A stretch of 64,000 nucleotides of DNA from Squalus acanthias (lineage: Eukaryota), in NCBI GenBank assembly GCA_030390025.1, contig CM059431.1:134542001-134606000 (forward strand), read 5' to 3'. Below are positions 48,377 to 61,964 of the stretch, in pieces. Numbering within the stretch: the stretch's first letter is position 1; every line of letters starts with the position of its first letter. Both the position numbers and the translations under genes were made by a program. The notes under the pieces were generated by a model. The model was not told the origin of the DNA and made no database searches. It worked only from the letters and a program-made list of their open reading frames with translations.

Positions 48377-49025
48377 GGGGGAAAAATTGAGTCGCGTCCC
48401 CTTTGGGGCGCTAACTTCACTGGGGTGCTACTTTTAGCGGCCCAGAAAAATTAGCACTTCCGCGGCCAAAATTGAGTGGTAGCGCCACAAGAGCGAAGCA
48501 GGATGCTACTGGAAGCGCCCCGCCTCCCTCTTGGGGCGCTGCAAGGGAATATCGTGGCACTACGTGCCATGGTATTGCTGGCCTTCCTCCCCTTCTTAAA
48601 GGGGAGGGGCTTTGCGCAGCGTGACCCAGGGATCGGTGTACCGGCAAAAGAGCCCGGCACTCAAGTGAAGTGCCGGGCTCATGGAGCGCAGCCGGCACTC
48701 CGCGGGGGAGTAGGTCAGGAGGCCAGGGACTGGAGCGGAGGCAGGTGCTGGCAGGCGGCCAGCAACAAAAATGGCCGCCCGGCACCTCGCCTTTAAATAG
48801 CGCGCCCCGGCCGCAGGTAGGCCCCCCTGACCCCGTCAGACATAGCATCCAGTGGTAAGTCGGGAGCGCTACTGAAAATTGCGAGCGGGGCGCTAACGGT
48901 TAGCGCCGCCGCTGAATTTCGCGGGAGGTGCTGGCGGTGCCGCGCCTGGGCGCTAGTTGCTTTGCGCCCTGTTAGTGCCCTCTAGGGTGCTAACGGCAGG
49001 CGCAAAGCAACCAAATTTTTCCCCC
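48377..49025. mobile_element. Harbinger-like MITE inserted in a minus-strand CR1 fragment (48175-49115)
   Basis: TIRs GGGGGAAAAATT / AATTTTTCCCCC; TSD tta/tta. Confidence 0.88.
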
Positions 49026-49204
49026 TTATTTTTCAAGGAGCAGGTGGCCTCCTTATTCCTCCTACCAAAATGCACCACCTCACACTGATCTATAGTGAAA
49101 TTAACTTGCCATTTGTCAGCCGTGGCTAAGTGGTGGCACTCGCTCATCTGAGTCAGAATGTTGTGGGTTCAAATTCCACTCCAGGGACTTGAGCACTAAA
49201 TCTA

Positions 49205-51030
49205 CATAGGATTACATCGGATATACGGCACAGAAACAGGCCATTCGACCCAACCAGTCCATGCCCAACCAGCTTATGCTCCGCATGAGCCTCCTCCCAT
49301 CTTTCCTCATCTAAATCTATCAGCATAACCCTCTATTTCCTGCTCCCTCATCTGCTTGTCTAGCCTCCCCTTAAATGCATCTCTACTATTTGCTTCAACC
49401 ACTCCCTGTGGTAGCAAGTTCCACATTCTCACCACTCTTTGGGTAAAGAAGTTTCTTCTGAATTCACTATTGGATTTCTTGGTGACTATCTTATATTGAT
49501 GGCCTCTAGTTATGCTCTTCCCCACAAGTGGCAACATTCTCTCTGTATCCACTCTATCAAAACTTTTTTCATAATTTTAAAGACCTCTATTAGGTCACCC
49601 CTCAGCCTTTTTTCAAGAGAAAAGAGACCCAGCCTGTTGATCCTTTCCTGATATGTATACCCTCGCATTTCTGGTATCATCCTTGTAAATCTTCTCTGCA
49701 CCCTCTCCAGTGCTTCTATATCCTTTTTATAATATGGCGACCAGAATTGTACGCAGTACTCCAAGTGTGGTCTAACCAAGGTTCGATACAAGTTTAGTAT
49801 AACTTCTCTACTTTTCAATTCTATCCCTCTAGAAATAAACCCTAGTGCTTGGTTTGCTTTTTTAATGGCCTTGCTAACCTGTGTTGCAACTTTTAGTGAT
49901 TTGTGTATTTGTATTCCGAGATCCCTCTGTTCCTCTACCCCACCTAGACTCGCACCCTCCGAGTGATGTGACCTCCCTATTCTTCCTACCAAAATGTAAT
50001 GCCTCACATTTATCTGTGTTGAACTTCATTTGCCAATTATATGCCCATTCTGCAAGTTTATTAATGTTCTCCTGTAACTTGTTGCAGTCCCCCTCAGTAT
50101 TGACTATCCCCCCCCAATTTGGTGTCATCCGCAAATTTAGAAATTGTGCTTTTGATTCCTAAGTCTAAATCGTTAATGTAAATTGTGAACAGCAGATCTA
50201 GGCTGACATCCCAGTGCAGTCCTGAGGGAGTGCTGCACTGTTGGAGGTGCCGTCTTTCAGATGAGACATTAAACTGAGGCCCCGTCTGCCCTCTCAGGCG
50301 GACATAAAAGTCCCCATGGCACTATTTCGAAGAAGAGCAGGGGAGTTATTCCCAGTGTCCTGGCCAATATTTATCCCTCAACCTGTTTGTGGGACCTTGC
50401 TGTGCGCAGGTTGGCTGTCGTGTTTCCCACATTACACAGTGACCATACATCAAAAGTATTTCACTGGCTGTAAAGCGCTTTGGGACGTCCTGAAAGGCGC
50501 TATAGAAATGCAAGTCTTTTTTTTTAATTTGCACGCCAATTCTGTTCGTTTGTCCAAGTGCTCAGTCACTCTGTCACTAATAATAGATCCTAGTAACTTC
50601 CCCACAACTGTTATAAGACTAATAGGCCTATAATTTCCTAGTTTATCTCTCCTACCCTTCTTAAATAATGGAGTGACATTGACAATTCTCCAATCCAAGT
50701 GGACAATTCCTGAATCAAGAGAGCTTTGGAAGGTCACGACTAAAGCATCTACAATTTCCTCGCCTACTCTCAGTACCCTTGGGTTGAAACTATCACGTCA
50801 TGGAGATTTGTCTATCTACAGTCTAATTATTTTCACCATTACCATTCTTTTACTTACATTACATCTAGTAAGTTCCTCCCCCTGATTTATTTTTATTTTT
50901 CCTCGTAACTCTGGTACTTTATCCTCTACCTCTACTGTGAAGACCGATACAAAATAATTATTTAGCAAGTCCGCCATTTCCTTATTTTCAATACCATTAT
51001 CACCTGCGTCTGTCTTTAAGGGGTAATGGA
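49205..51030 (-). mobile_element. CR1 LINE fragment with a SINE inserted at ~50195-50525
   Basis: LVRPHLEYCVQFWSP and FQSSLDSG..NYRPISL segments. Confidence 0.85.
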
Positions 51031-51446
51031 TACTCACCCCACTTCCCAACATCACCCCAATTAGTGCCACAAAATTGGATAATGCTATTGGAACTCCAAG
51101 CTTTATGTCAAGGCTCTACATATCTCTGCATGTGCTGTGGGACTTTCTGTTACACTTTCTGTGTAACACTCTCCCTTGTGGAAAAGCACAATTTTAGAAT
51201 CAATGATTGCTTGCTGAACGGGGTATATGGGAACATACATTAGGACATGGAATAGCACTAAGCTTGGCATCTGAGCACAAATTCTCGAGATCCTTCTATA
51301 ATTTCAGTGACAATCAGCATGAGTTTTGAGAGATATCAATCCCTGCAACAGTTACATCTGCCTGTACCCTATTGCTGTGCCATCATCAAAATAAACTACT
51401 TTTAGGAGTCAGAAGAAATCAGCACTACAGTATTTTACAAACACAC

Positions 51447-51577
51447 CTTTTAGAATCCCCACCCATCTGTTTTATATGGACTTTAATCTTCTCTGATGAA
51501 GTGCTGAGGGTGATCTTTTCCAGGAGGTTGAAATCTTCAGGATGCAACTCTTCACTTCCATTGAAAGCACCCAGGAT
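51447..51577 (-). CDS. UGGT2: UGGT internal coding exon (first in window)
   Basis: cag|ATCCTGGGT...TCTAAAAG|gtgtgt; 131 nt; ILGAFNGSEELHPEDFNLLEKITLSTSSEKIKVHIKQMGGDSK; phase-compatible with the next exon. Confidence 0.88.
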
Positions 51578-52649
51578 CTGAGAGTGAATGTAACAAAATG
51601 CTATTAAATGAATAGTTAATAAAAATTTCTGAGGGCCTCACATTATTCACACTTAAAGGCAGCTTACTTTAACAAACATGGCAAGCTAAAGCTGCTCTAA
51701 TGTATAAAACAGACAAACTAAAATTATAATTTTCCTCCAAAGCACTGGGATGGAACAGCACGAACGTCTGGGGCCCATTCTTACCATAATACAGTATATT
51801 TTATTTTTAAATTGACTACTGTCTTGTAATTATTATAGATAAAAGCAATTTTGTCACTTCAATAAAAAAATTGCAGAGACATTACATCATACCTACAGCT
51901 CATGTGTGCACTAACTAGAATATAACATTCATGTGCTCAGCTACTCGGTAATTTACAATGATCCAGAGATTGCTGGAAATATGATGGTGGATTAACGGTG
52001 CTCGCCATTATTAGTTCATAAAAAATCCAGCAATTTGTGGCGAAGAAGAGATAGACCATGAGATCCGGTTCTCCACAAATTGCTGGACGATTTGCGAATC
52101 TCTGCCGTTAGCCTCGACAAAAAAAGGGATAGGGCATGGTTGAGGTACTAACTATGTACTTTGCATCTGTCTTCACTAGAGAAGAGGATGCTGCCAATGT
52201 AGCAGTAAAGGAGTAGCGATATTGGATAAGATAAAAATAGATAAAGAGGAGGTACTTAAAAGGTTGGCAGCACTCAAAGTAGAAAAGTTACCCAGTCCGG
52301 ATGGGATGCATCCTAGGTTACTGAGGGAATTAAGGATGGAAATTGTGGAGGCTCTGGCCACAATCTTATAATTTCATAGAATCATAGAATGGTAACAGCA
52401 CGGAAGAAGGCCATTCGGCCTGTTGAGCCCGTGCCGGCTCTCTGCAAGAGCACTTCAGCTAGTCCCACTCCCCCAACCTTTCCCTGTAGTCCTGCAAATT
52501 TCTTTCCTTCAGATACTTATCCAATTCCCTTTTGAAAGCCGTGATTGAATCTACCTGCACCACCCTTTCAGGCAGTGCATTCAGATCTTAACCACTCGCT
52601 GCGTAAAAAAGTTTTTTCTTCCATTCTTTTGCCAATCACCTTAAATCTG

Positions 52650-55600
52650 AGTGCGGTTTGAGCAGAGTGCTGGGAGTTGGGTGAGTCAGGGAGTCTTAAC
52701 TGTTTGCTAAAATCAAACTTTTGTTTGTTTCACTTTTACTGTTTAAAATCTAAATTTCCCAGCCTAAGCAGGGTTATAAAGGGATGGACAAGGCCTACAA
52801 TTCAGAGCAGCTGAAGGCAGTTAATTAGGGAAACTAGATTAAGCTGGTTTTCCTGTAGCAGGGCTCGGCAAGCTCCTTTGTTTCAGGGCCTATAAAAACA
52901 GGCTTTGCAGTGCGATTTGCACCGAGTGCGGTTTGAGCAGAGTGTTGAGAGTTGGGTGAGTTAGAGGAGGGGTTCCCTTGCTTCGCCTTTGCTTTTCCTA
53001 ACTTTTCACCCTGTAGGAATTGGTTCTTACTTTATACCAAGGAAAGAGTTCGAGAGCGGGAGCAATCCAACAACAACAATTGCAAAACCACTAAAGTGAC
53101 GTCACAACCAGGGAAGTAGCTGATTAGTAAGTAGGACCCGGTGAGTGTTTCTACAGTCCAGTTGTTAAAGTAAAAGTAAGGTTCTAGTTTAGAATAAGTA
53201 GTGTTTAAAGTGAAGTAAGGTCCCTAGTGTATTTAATATTCTTTAATTTAGAGGAAATAAAGGGAGTAAATTAACGGTAGGACATGGCAGGGCAGCTTGG
53301 CAGCGTGGAGTGCTCCTCCTGTGCTTTGTGGGAAGTCAGGGACACTTTTGGTGTCCAGGGCGAACACATGTGCAGGAAGTGTCTCCAGCTGCAGTTACTC
53401 GAAATCCGCGCTTTGGAGCTGGAGCTGCGGCTGGAGTCACTGTGGAGCATCCACGAGGCTGAGATCTTCGTGGATAGAAAGTTTAACGAGGTAGTCACAC
53501 CGCAGGTAAAGAGTGCACAGGCAGAAAGGGAATGGGTGACCGCCAGACAGAGTAAAAGAACTAGGAAGGTAGTGCAGGAGTTCCCTGGGTCCCTCTCCCT
53601 CTCCAACAGATTTTCCGTTTTGGATACTGCTGGGGGAGATGGTTTCTCAGGGGAATGCAGCAAGAGCCAAGTCCGTGGCACTACGAGTGGCTCAGCTGCA
53701 CAGGAGCGGAGGAAAAAGAGTGGGAGAGCAATAGTGATGGGGGATTCTATCGTAAGGGGAACAGATAGACGTTTCTGTGGCCGCAGACATGACTCCAGGA
53801 TGGTATGTTGCCTCCCTGGTGCCAGGGTCAAGGATGTCACTGAGCGGCTGCAGGACATTCTGAAGGGGGAGGGTGAACAGCCAGAGGTTGTGGTCCATAT
53901 CGGTACCAACGACATAGGTAGAAAGAGCGACGAGGTCCTGCAAGCAGAATATGGGGAGCTAGGAAATAAATAAAAAGCAGGACCTCAAAGGTAGTAATCT
54001 CAGGATTACTCCCAGTGCCACGTGCTAGCGAGAGCAGAAATAGGAGAATAGACCAGATGAATGCGTGGCTGGACAGATGGTGTAGGAGGGAGGGAATTAA
54101 ATTCCTGAGGCATTGAGACCAATTCTGGGGAAGGTGGGACCTGTACAAGCTGGACGGGTTACACCTCGGCTGAACCGGGACCAATGTCCTCGCAGGGGGG
54201 TTTGCTAGTGCAGTTGGGAAGGATTTAAACTAGTTTGTCAGGGGGCTGGGAACCTAAGTGTGGGCCCAGAACAGAGAGAAACAAAGCTGGAAGTGCAAGT
54301 TAGAAAAGTAGTCAGCAAAACTAGTAGGGAGCAGAAACAAAGACCAACAGTAAAGAGGGTCAAAGTGCAGAAAAATATTAAACAGGCAAAGTTGAAGGCA
54401 CTTTATCTAAATGCACGTAGCATTCGCAACAAGGTGGATGAATTAATGGCACAAATAGAAGTAAATGGGTATGATGTAATGCCATTACAGAGACATGGTT
54501 GCAGGGTAACCAAAGCTGGGAACTGAATGTTCAACATTTAGGAAGGACAGACAAAAAGGAAAAGGAGGTGGCGTAGCGCTGTTAAGGGATGAGCTCGGTA
54601 CAGTAGAGATAAAAGATTTTGGCTCGGCAGATCGTGATGTAGAACTGGAATCAGTTTGGGTGGAGTTAAGAAACAGCAATGGGCGGAAAACATTGGTGGG
54701 AGTTGTGTATAGGCCACCAAACAGTAGTGGTAATGTAGGGCACAGTATCAATTAAGAAATTAGAAGTGCATGTAACAAGGGCAATATGGTAACCATGGGG
54801 GACTTTAATCTACATATTGACTGGGCAAATCAAATTACCACTAATGGTGTGGAGGGCGAATTCTTGGAATGCATGCGTGAAGGTTTCCTGGATCAGTATG
54901 TGGAGGAACCAACCAGGGAACAGGCTATTCTGGATCTGGTACTGTGTAATGATAAAGGGCTAATCAATAATCTTGTGGTAAAGGGGCCTTTAGGGACAAG
55001 TGACCATAATATGACTGAATTTTACATTAAGTTTGAGAGTGATGTAGTCCAATCTGAAACTAAGGTCTTCAATCTAAACAGAGGATACTACAAGGGTATG
55101 AGGGACAAGTTGGCCATGGTAGATTGGGAGACTACATTAAAAGGTATGAAGGTGGACATACAATGGCTAACATTCAAGGAAATAATGCATAATTTGCAAC
55201 AAACATATATTCCTCTGGGGTATAAAAACCCAAAAGGAAAAGTGATCCAACCATGGCTAGCAAAAGAAATTAAAGCTAGTATTAAGTCAAAGGAGGAAGC
55301 TTATAAAGTTGCCAGAAAAAGCGGTCAGCCTGAGGATTGGGATCTTTTTAAAAATCAGCAAAGGGCGACCAAGAAATTGATAAAGAAAGGGAAAATGGAA
55401 TATGAGCACAAACTAGCGAAAAATATAAAAACCGACTGTAAAAGCTTCTATAGGTATGTGAAAAGGAAAAGACTGGCGAAGGTAAATGTAGGTCCTTTAC
55501 AGTCATAGACAGGAGAATTTATAATGGGGAATGAGGAAATGGCAGAGAAATTAAATAAATACTTTGTTTCTGTCTTCATGAAGGAAGACACAAAAAAATC

Positions 55601-57244
55601 CCAGAAATACGAGAAAACCAAAGGTGTGGCGAGAATGAGGAACTTAAAGAAATTATTATTAGTAAAAAAAACAGTACTAGCAAAATTAATGGGACTAAAA
55701 GTTGATCAATCCCAAGGACCGGATGACCTACATCCTAGGGTTTTGAAAGAGGTGGCCATTGGGATAGTGGACACATTGGTTGTCATCTTCCAAAATTCTA
55801 TAGATTCTGGAACGGTTCCTGCAGATTGGAGGATAGCAAGTGTAACCCCGCTATTTAAGAAAGGAGGGAGAGAGAAAACGGGGAACTACAGACCTGTTAG
55901 CCTCACATCAGTAGTTGGGAAAATGCTGGAATCTATTATAAAGGATGCAATAACTGGGCACTTAGAAACTAATAGTAAGATTGGGCAGAGTCAACATGGA
56001 TTTATGAAAGGGAAATCCTGTTTAACAAACCTATTGGAGTTCTTTGAGGATGTAACTAGTGGAGTAGACAAAGGGGAACCGTTAGATGTGGTGTATTTGG
56101 ATTTTCAGAAGACCTTCGATAAGGTCCCACATAAGAGGTTGGTAAACAAAATTAGGGTACATGGAATTTGGGGTAATATACTAGCATGGATTGAGAATTG
56201 GTTAACAGACAGAAAACAAAGAGTAGGGATAAACGGGTCTTTTTCAGGATGGCAGGCTGTGACTAGTGGGGTACCGCAAGGATTGATGCTTGGGCCCCAG
56301 CTATTCACAATCTATATCAATGATTTGGATGAGGGGACTAAATGTAACATTTCTAAATTTGCTGATGATACAAAGCTAGGTGTCAGTTGCGAAGAGGATG
56401 TGAAGAGGCTTCAAGGGGATCTCGACAGGCTCAGTGAGTGGGCGAGAACATGGCAGATGGAATATAATGTGGATAAATGTGAAGTTATCCACTTTGGTAG
56501 AAAAAACCGAAAGGCAGAGTATTTCCTAAATGGTGAAAGATTGGGGAATGCAGATTCTCAAAGGGACCTGGGTGTCCTTGTACAGGAGTCACTGAAAGTG
56601 AATGTGCAGGTGCAGCAAGCCATTAGGAAGGCAAATAGTATGCTGGCCTTCATTACAAGAGGATTTGAGTACAGGAGTAAAGAAGTCTTACTCCAATTAT
56701 ATAGAGCCTTGGTGAGACCACAACTGGAGTACAGTGTACAATTTTGGTCTCCTTACCTAAGGAAGGATATACTTGCCATAGAGGGAGTGCAACAAAGGGT
56801 CACGAGATTGATTCCTGGGATGGCGGGACTGTCGTATGAGAAGAGATTGAGTAAACTAGGCCTGTATTCTCTTGAATTCAGAAGAATGAGAGGGACTCTC
56901 ATTGAAGCATACAAAATGATTACAGGGCTTGATAGGGTGGATGCTGGGAAAATGTTTCCCTTGGCTGGGGAGTCTAGAACCAGGGCCATTCAGGACTGAG
57001 ATGAGAAGAAATTTCTTCACACAGAGGGTGGTGAATCTTTGGAATTCTCTACCCCAGAGGGCTCTGGAGGCTCAGTCATTGGGTATATTCAAAACAGAAG
57101 TCGATAGATTTCTGACTAGTAAGGGCATCAAGGGATATGGCGATAGGGCCGGTGAATGGAGTTGAGGCAGAAGATCAGCCATGATCTCATTGAATGGCAG
57201 AGCAGGCTCAAAGGCCTACTCCTGCTCCTATTTCTTATGTTCTT
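52650..57244 (+). mobile_element. Full-length CR1 LINE (5' UTR, ORF1 from 53284, ORF2 ~54260-57165) with disabling mutations
   Basis: ORF1 Zn finger + GDS esterase; ORF2 YLNARSIRNK, GDFN, SDH, FADD; TSD atctg at 52645-52649 and 57245-57249. Confidence 0.93.
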
Positions 57245-57575
57245 ATCTGTGTCCTTTGGTTCTTGACCCTTCTGCCAATGGGAACAGTTTCCCTCTATCT
57301 ACTCTGTCCAGACCCCTCATGATTTTGAACACTTCTATCAAATCTCCTCTCAATCTTCCCTGCTTCAAGGAGAACAACCTCAGCTTCTCCAGTCTATCAA
57401 CGTAACTGAAGTCCCTCATTCCTGGAATCATTCTTGTAAATCTTTTCTGCACCCTCTCTAAGGCCTTCACATCCTTCCTTCAGTGTGGTGCCCAGAATTG
57501 GACACAGTACTCCAGTTGGGGCCGAAACAGTGTTTTATACAGGTTCATCATAATTTCCACACTTTTGTACTCTAT

Positions 57576-58295
57576 GGGCTCGATTTTGCCAGGCCCGAGG
57601 AGGCGGGAATGGAGACGTGTGGGGTGTTAAAATTGCAAAAAAATGGCGGGTGGGCCCAATCCCGCCTCCAAGCAATTTTCCCAAATACGTGGTTTCTGAT
57701 CCCGTCTCCGTCCCGCCTCCAAGAGGCGGGATAGGCCCTTAAGGCCCTTAACAACCACTTAATTGCCTCTATAATCCCATTTTGAGGCCTTTCTGATTTT
57801 AACACTTTTCCAACGTGATGCACGCCTCCTCTGAAACATGACGGTGAAACCTGGCGGTAGCACACTTGGATTGCTGACTATCAGCTGCAGCTCCACCATT
57901 AAAAAGGAGATTTGATCAATCATCATTCTGGGGGCACTTTTAGCAGGCATAACCATTGTTGTGGAAGTTTCGACTCCTGGTGGTGGTGGTGGTGAAAATA
58001 ATTCTGGGAGCACACTTGGGTCTCCTGCTGCTCATTTTGCCTCCAGGTCCCTCTCACCGCAAAGGCCAAAAGGTTGGCAGTCGTTGCAGACCTTAAATGC
58101 TGCAGCAATGATGACATCATCAGAGGCGACTTTCAGACTGAAAAAACTAATTGGGTCATGGGTTCCCACATGCTGGAACTCAATTGCCCAATTAGGGGAA
58201 AATCGCATAATTCTCCCACATCCAATTAGAGTCGGGTGGCTAACACGAAAAGCAGATGACATGACCCCAGCCCGCCCCATGACAAAATCGAGCCC
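57576..58295. mobile_element. Harbinger-like MITE
   Basis: Perfect TIR GGGCTCGATTTTG / CAAAATCGAGCCC; TSD tat/tat. Confidence 0.9.
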
Positions 58296-58431
58296 TATAC
58301 CTCGGTTTATGAAGCCCAGGATCCTGTAAGCCTTTTTAACTGCTTTCTCAACCTGCCCTGCCACCTTCAACGATTTGTGCACACATACCCCCAGGACTCT
58401 CTGTTCGTGCATTCCCTTCAGGATTGTACTA

Positions 58432-58785
58432 CAGGAAACTCTCGTTTAAACGGCACCTAAATATCCGGAACACTCTAATAGCCGGCAGAATTCATACTCC
58501 GAAAACTACAGTATAAAGTCGTTTATAAGTTTTGTTTTACTGTTAAGTAATTAAAGAGTTATGATTACCCTCAACTGGCATTACTGTACTTAATCAAGCA
58601 TCTTCCACCATCCATTTAACACAACATTCTGTAGGGGAGTACCCAATTATACTGCACATTTCTTGACTTTTTTATTTTTGTTTGTTAAAAATAGCCTTGT
58701 TAGATATACCTCTCCGTTATCCGGAATTTTTAATCAACCGGCACCATCCCGGTCCCGTCGGTGCCGGATACCAAAGAGTTTCCTG
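58432..58785. mobile_element. Tc1/mariner-like MITE related to 41535-41940 (opposite orientation)
   Basis: ta|CAGGAAACTCT ... AGAGTTTCCTG|ta. Confidence 0.88.
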
Positions 58786-61700
58786 TATTTAGTTTTAATC
58801 TCCTCTCCTCATTCTGCCTACCAAAATGTATCACTCTCTCTTTTCCGCGTTAAATTTCATCTGCCACGTGTCCGCCCATTTCACCAGCCTGTCTATGTCT
58901 TCCTGAAGTTTATCACTCTCCTCCTCACTGTTCACTATACTTCTAAGTTTTGTGTCATCTGCAAATTTTGAAATTGTGCCCTGTACACCCACATCCAAGT
59001 CATTAATATATATCAAGAAAAGCAGTGGTCCTAGAACCGACCCCCGGGAAACACCACTGTATACCTTCCTCCAGTCCGAAAAACAACTGTTCACCACTAC
59101 TCTCTGTTTCCTATCACTTAGCCAATTTCGTATCCATGCTGCCACTGTCCCTTTTATTCCATGGGCTTCAACTTTGTTGACAAGCGTATTATGTGGCACT
59201 TCGTCAGATGCCTTTTGGAAATCCATATACACTACGTCAACTGTATTACCCTCATCAACCCACTCTGTTACCTCATCAAAGAACGCAATCAAGTTAGTTA
59301 AACACGATTTGCCCTTCAACATGCTGGCTTTCCTTAGTAAATCCACACTTCTCCAAGTGACTGTTAATATTTTCCCTGATTACTGTTTGTAAAAGCTTCC
59401 CCACTACAGAGGTCAAACTGACTGGCCTGTAGTTGCTGGGTTTATCTTTACACCCTTTTTTGAACAATGGTGTAACATTTGCAATTCTCTAGTCCTCTGT
59501 CACCACCCCCATATCCAAGGAGGTTATTGGAATATTATGGCAAGTACCTCCACGATTTCCTCCCTCAATTCCCTCAGCATCCTAGGATGCATCCCATCCG
59601 CTCCTGGTAATTTATCTACTTTAAGTACGGCCAGCCTTTCTAATACCTCCTCTTTATCAATTTTTATCCTAGCAAGTATCTCCACTACCGCCTCTTTCAC
59701 TATGTCTATGGCAGCATCCTCTTCCTTGGTGAAGACAGATGCAAAGTACTCGTTTAGTACCTCAGCCATACCCTCTGCCTCCATGCATAGGTCTCCTTTT
59801 TGGTTCCTAATCGGCCCCACCTTTCCTCTTACTACCCTTTTACTATTTACAGTATATGTCTATAGAAGACTCTTGGATTACCTTTTATGTTGGCTGCCAT
59901 TCTATTCTCATACCCTCTCTTTACCCCTCTTATTTTCTTTTTCACTTCTCCTCTTACCTTTCTATATATAGCCTGATTCTCAGGATGTATTTGCAACCTG
60001 ACATTTGTCATACGCGCTCTTTTTCTGCTTCATCATATTCTCTATGTCTTTTGTCATCCAGGGAGCCCTGACTTTAGTTGCCCTGCCTTTCCCCCTAGTG
60101 GGAATGTACCTGAACTATTTCCTCTTTAAAGGCAGCCCATTGTTCCATTACAGTTTTGCCTGCCAATGTTTGATTCCAGTTTACCCAGGCCAGATCCATT
60201 GTCATCCCACTGGCCTTCCCCCAGTTGAACATTTTTACTCTAGATTGCTCCCTATCCTTTTCCATAGCTAATGTAAACCTTATGATACTGTGATCATTGT
60301 TCTTTAAATGTTCACCCACTGACACTTCTCCACTTACCCACCTCATTCCCCAGAACCAGATCCAGCAATGCCTCCTCCCTCGTCGGTCCGGAAGCATACT
60401 GATCAAGAAGGTTCTCCTGAACACACTTCAGAAATTCTTCTCCTTCTCTGCCTTAACACTATTACGATCCCAGTCTATATTAGGATAGTTTAAGACCCCC
60501 ATTATTACTACTCTATAGTTCTTGCACCTCTCTGTAATTTCTCTGCAAATTTGCTTCTCCATATCTTTCCCACTATTTGGTGGCCTATAGAATACACCTA
60601 GTACTGTAATGGCACCTCTATTATTTCTTAACTCCAGCCATATAGATTCTGTCCTTGACCCCTCCAGGACATCCTCTCTCTCCAGCACTGTAACATTCTC
60701 CGTGACCAATACTGCCACACCACCTCCTATCTTTCCTCCCCTATCTTTCCTGAACACTTTATAACCAGGAATATTTAATACCCAATCCTGCCCTTTTTTG
60801 AGCCAGGTCTCAGTTATTGCCACAACATCATATTCCATGTGGCTACTTGTGCCTGCAGTTCACTTACCTTGTTTACTACGCTTCGTGTGTTCACATACAT
60901 ACACTGTAAACCCATCTTAGACCATCCTGTATTCTCTCTTAGTTTGACCCCACCTAATACCTTACTATTTCTTACTTTAGTGCTCTCTGCCTCTCCCAAT
61001 CCTTTGAGCACTTTATTTCCCCTTTCTAATGTTACATCCTGATGCCCATTCCCCTGCCAAATGAGTTTAAACCCTCCCCAACAGCGCTAGCAAACCTCCC
61101 CGTGAGGATATTGTTTCGGCCTGTTGAGGTGCAACCCGTCCGACCTGTACAGGTCCCCCCTCCCCCAGAACCGGTCCCAATGCCCCAGGAATCGGAAGCC
61201 CTCCCTCCTGCACCATCTCTCCAGCCACGCATTCATCTGCGCTATCCTCCTATTCCTGTACTCACTAGCGCGAGGTACCGGGAATAATCCGGAGATTACT
61301 ACCTTTGAGCTCCTGCTTTTTAATCTCTTTCCTAGCTCCCTGAAACCTGCCTGCAGGACCTCATCCCTCTTTCTACCTATGTCGTTGGAACCGATATGGA
61401 CCACGACCTCTGGCTGTTCACCCTCCCCCCTCAGAATATTCTGCAGCCGCTCGATGACATCCTTGACCCTGGCACCAGGAAGGCAACACATCATTCTGGA
61501 ATCACGTCTGCAGCTGCAGAAATGCCTGTCTGAATCATAGAAAGTTACAGCACGGAAGGAGGCCATTTCGGCCCATCGTGTCCGCGCCGGCCAACAAAGA
61601 GCTATCCAGCCTAATCCCACTTTTCCCAGCTCTTGGTCCGTAGCCCTGCAGGTCTGCTCCCCTAACTATCGAATCCCCTACCACTATTGCTTTTCCACTC

Positions 61701-61964
61701 TTCTTTCTCCACACCCCCCCCCCCCCCCCCCCATACAGCTGAGCCACCCGTGGAGCCGCAGACTTGGCTCCAGCTATATTCCCCAGAGGAACCATCGCCC
61801 TCAGCAGTACTCAGAACCGAATACTGGTTGGAGAGTGAGATGCACTCAGGGGACTCCTGCACTACCTGTCTGGTCCTCCTCTTCTGTCTGGTGGTCACCC
61901 TTTCCCTTTCTGCCTGCACACTCTTTATCTGTGGGGTGACCACCTCCTGAAACGTGCTATACAC

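Larger units (their letters stand above)
52375..61960 (-). mobile_element. Near full-length degenerate CR1 (ORF1 ~61030-61960, ORF2, 3' tail), host to several insertions
   Basis: ORF1 esterase (CLPGARVKD, HIGSND), APE (AITETWL, FYRPP), RT; 3' end at 52375-52649 lies beyond the inserted CR1. Confidence 0.88.
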
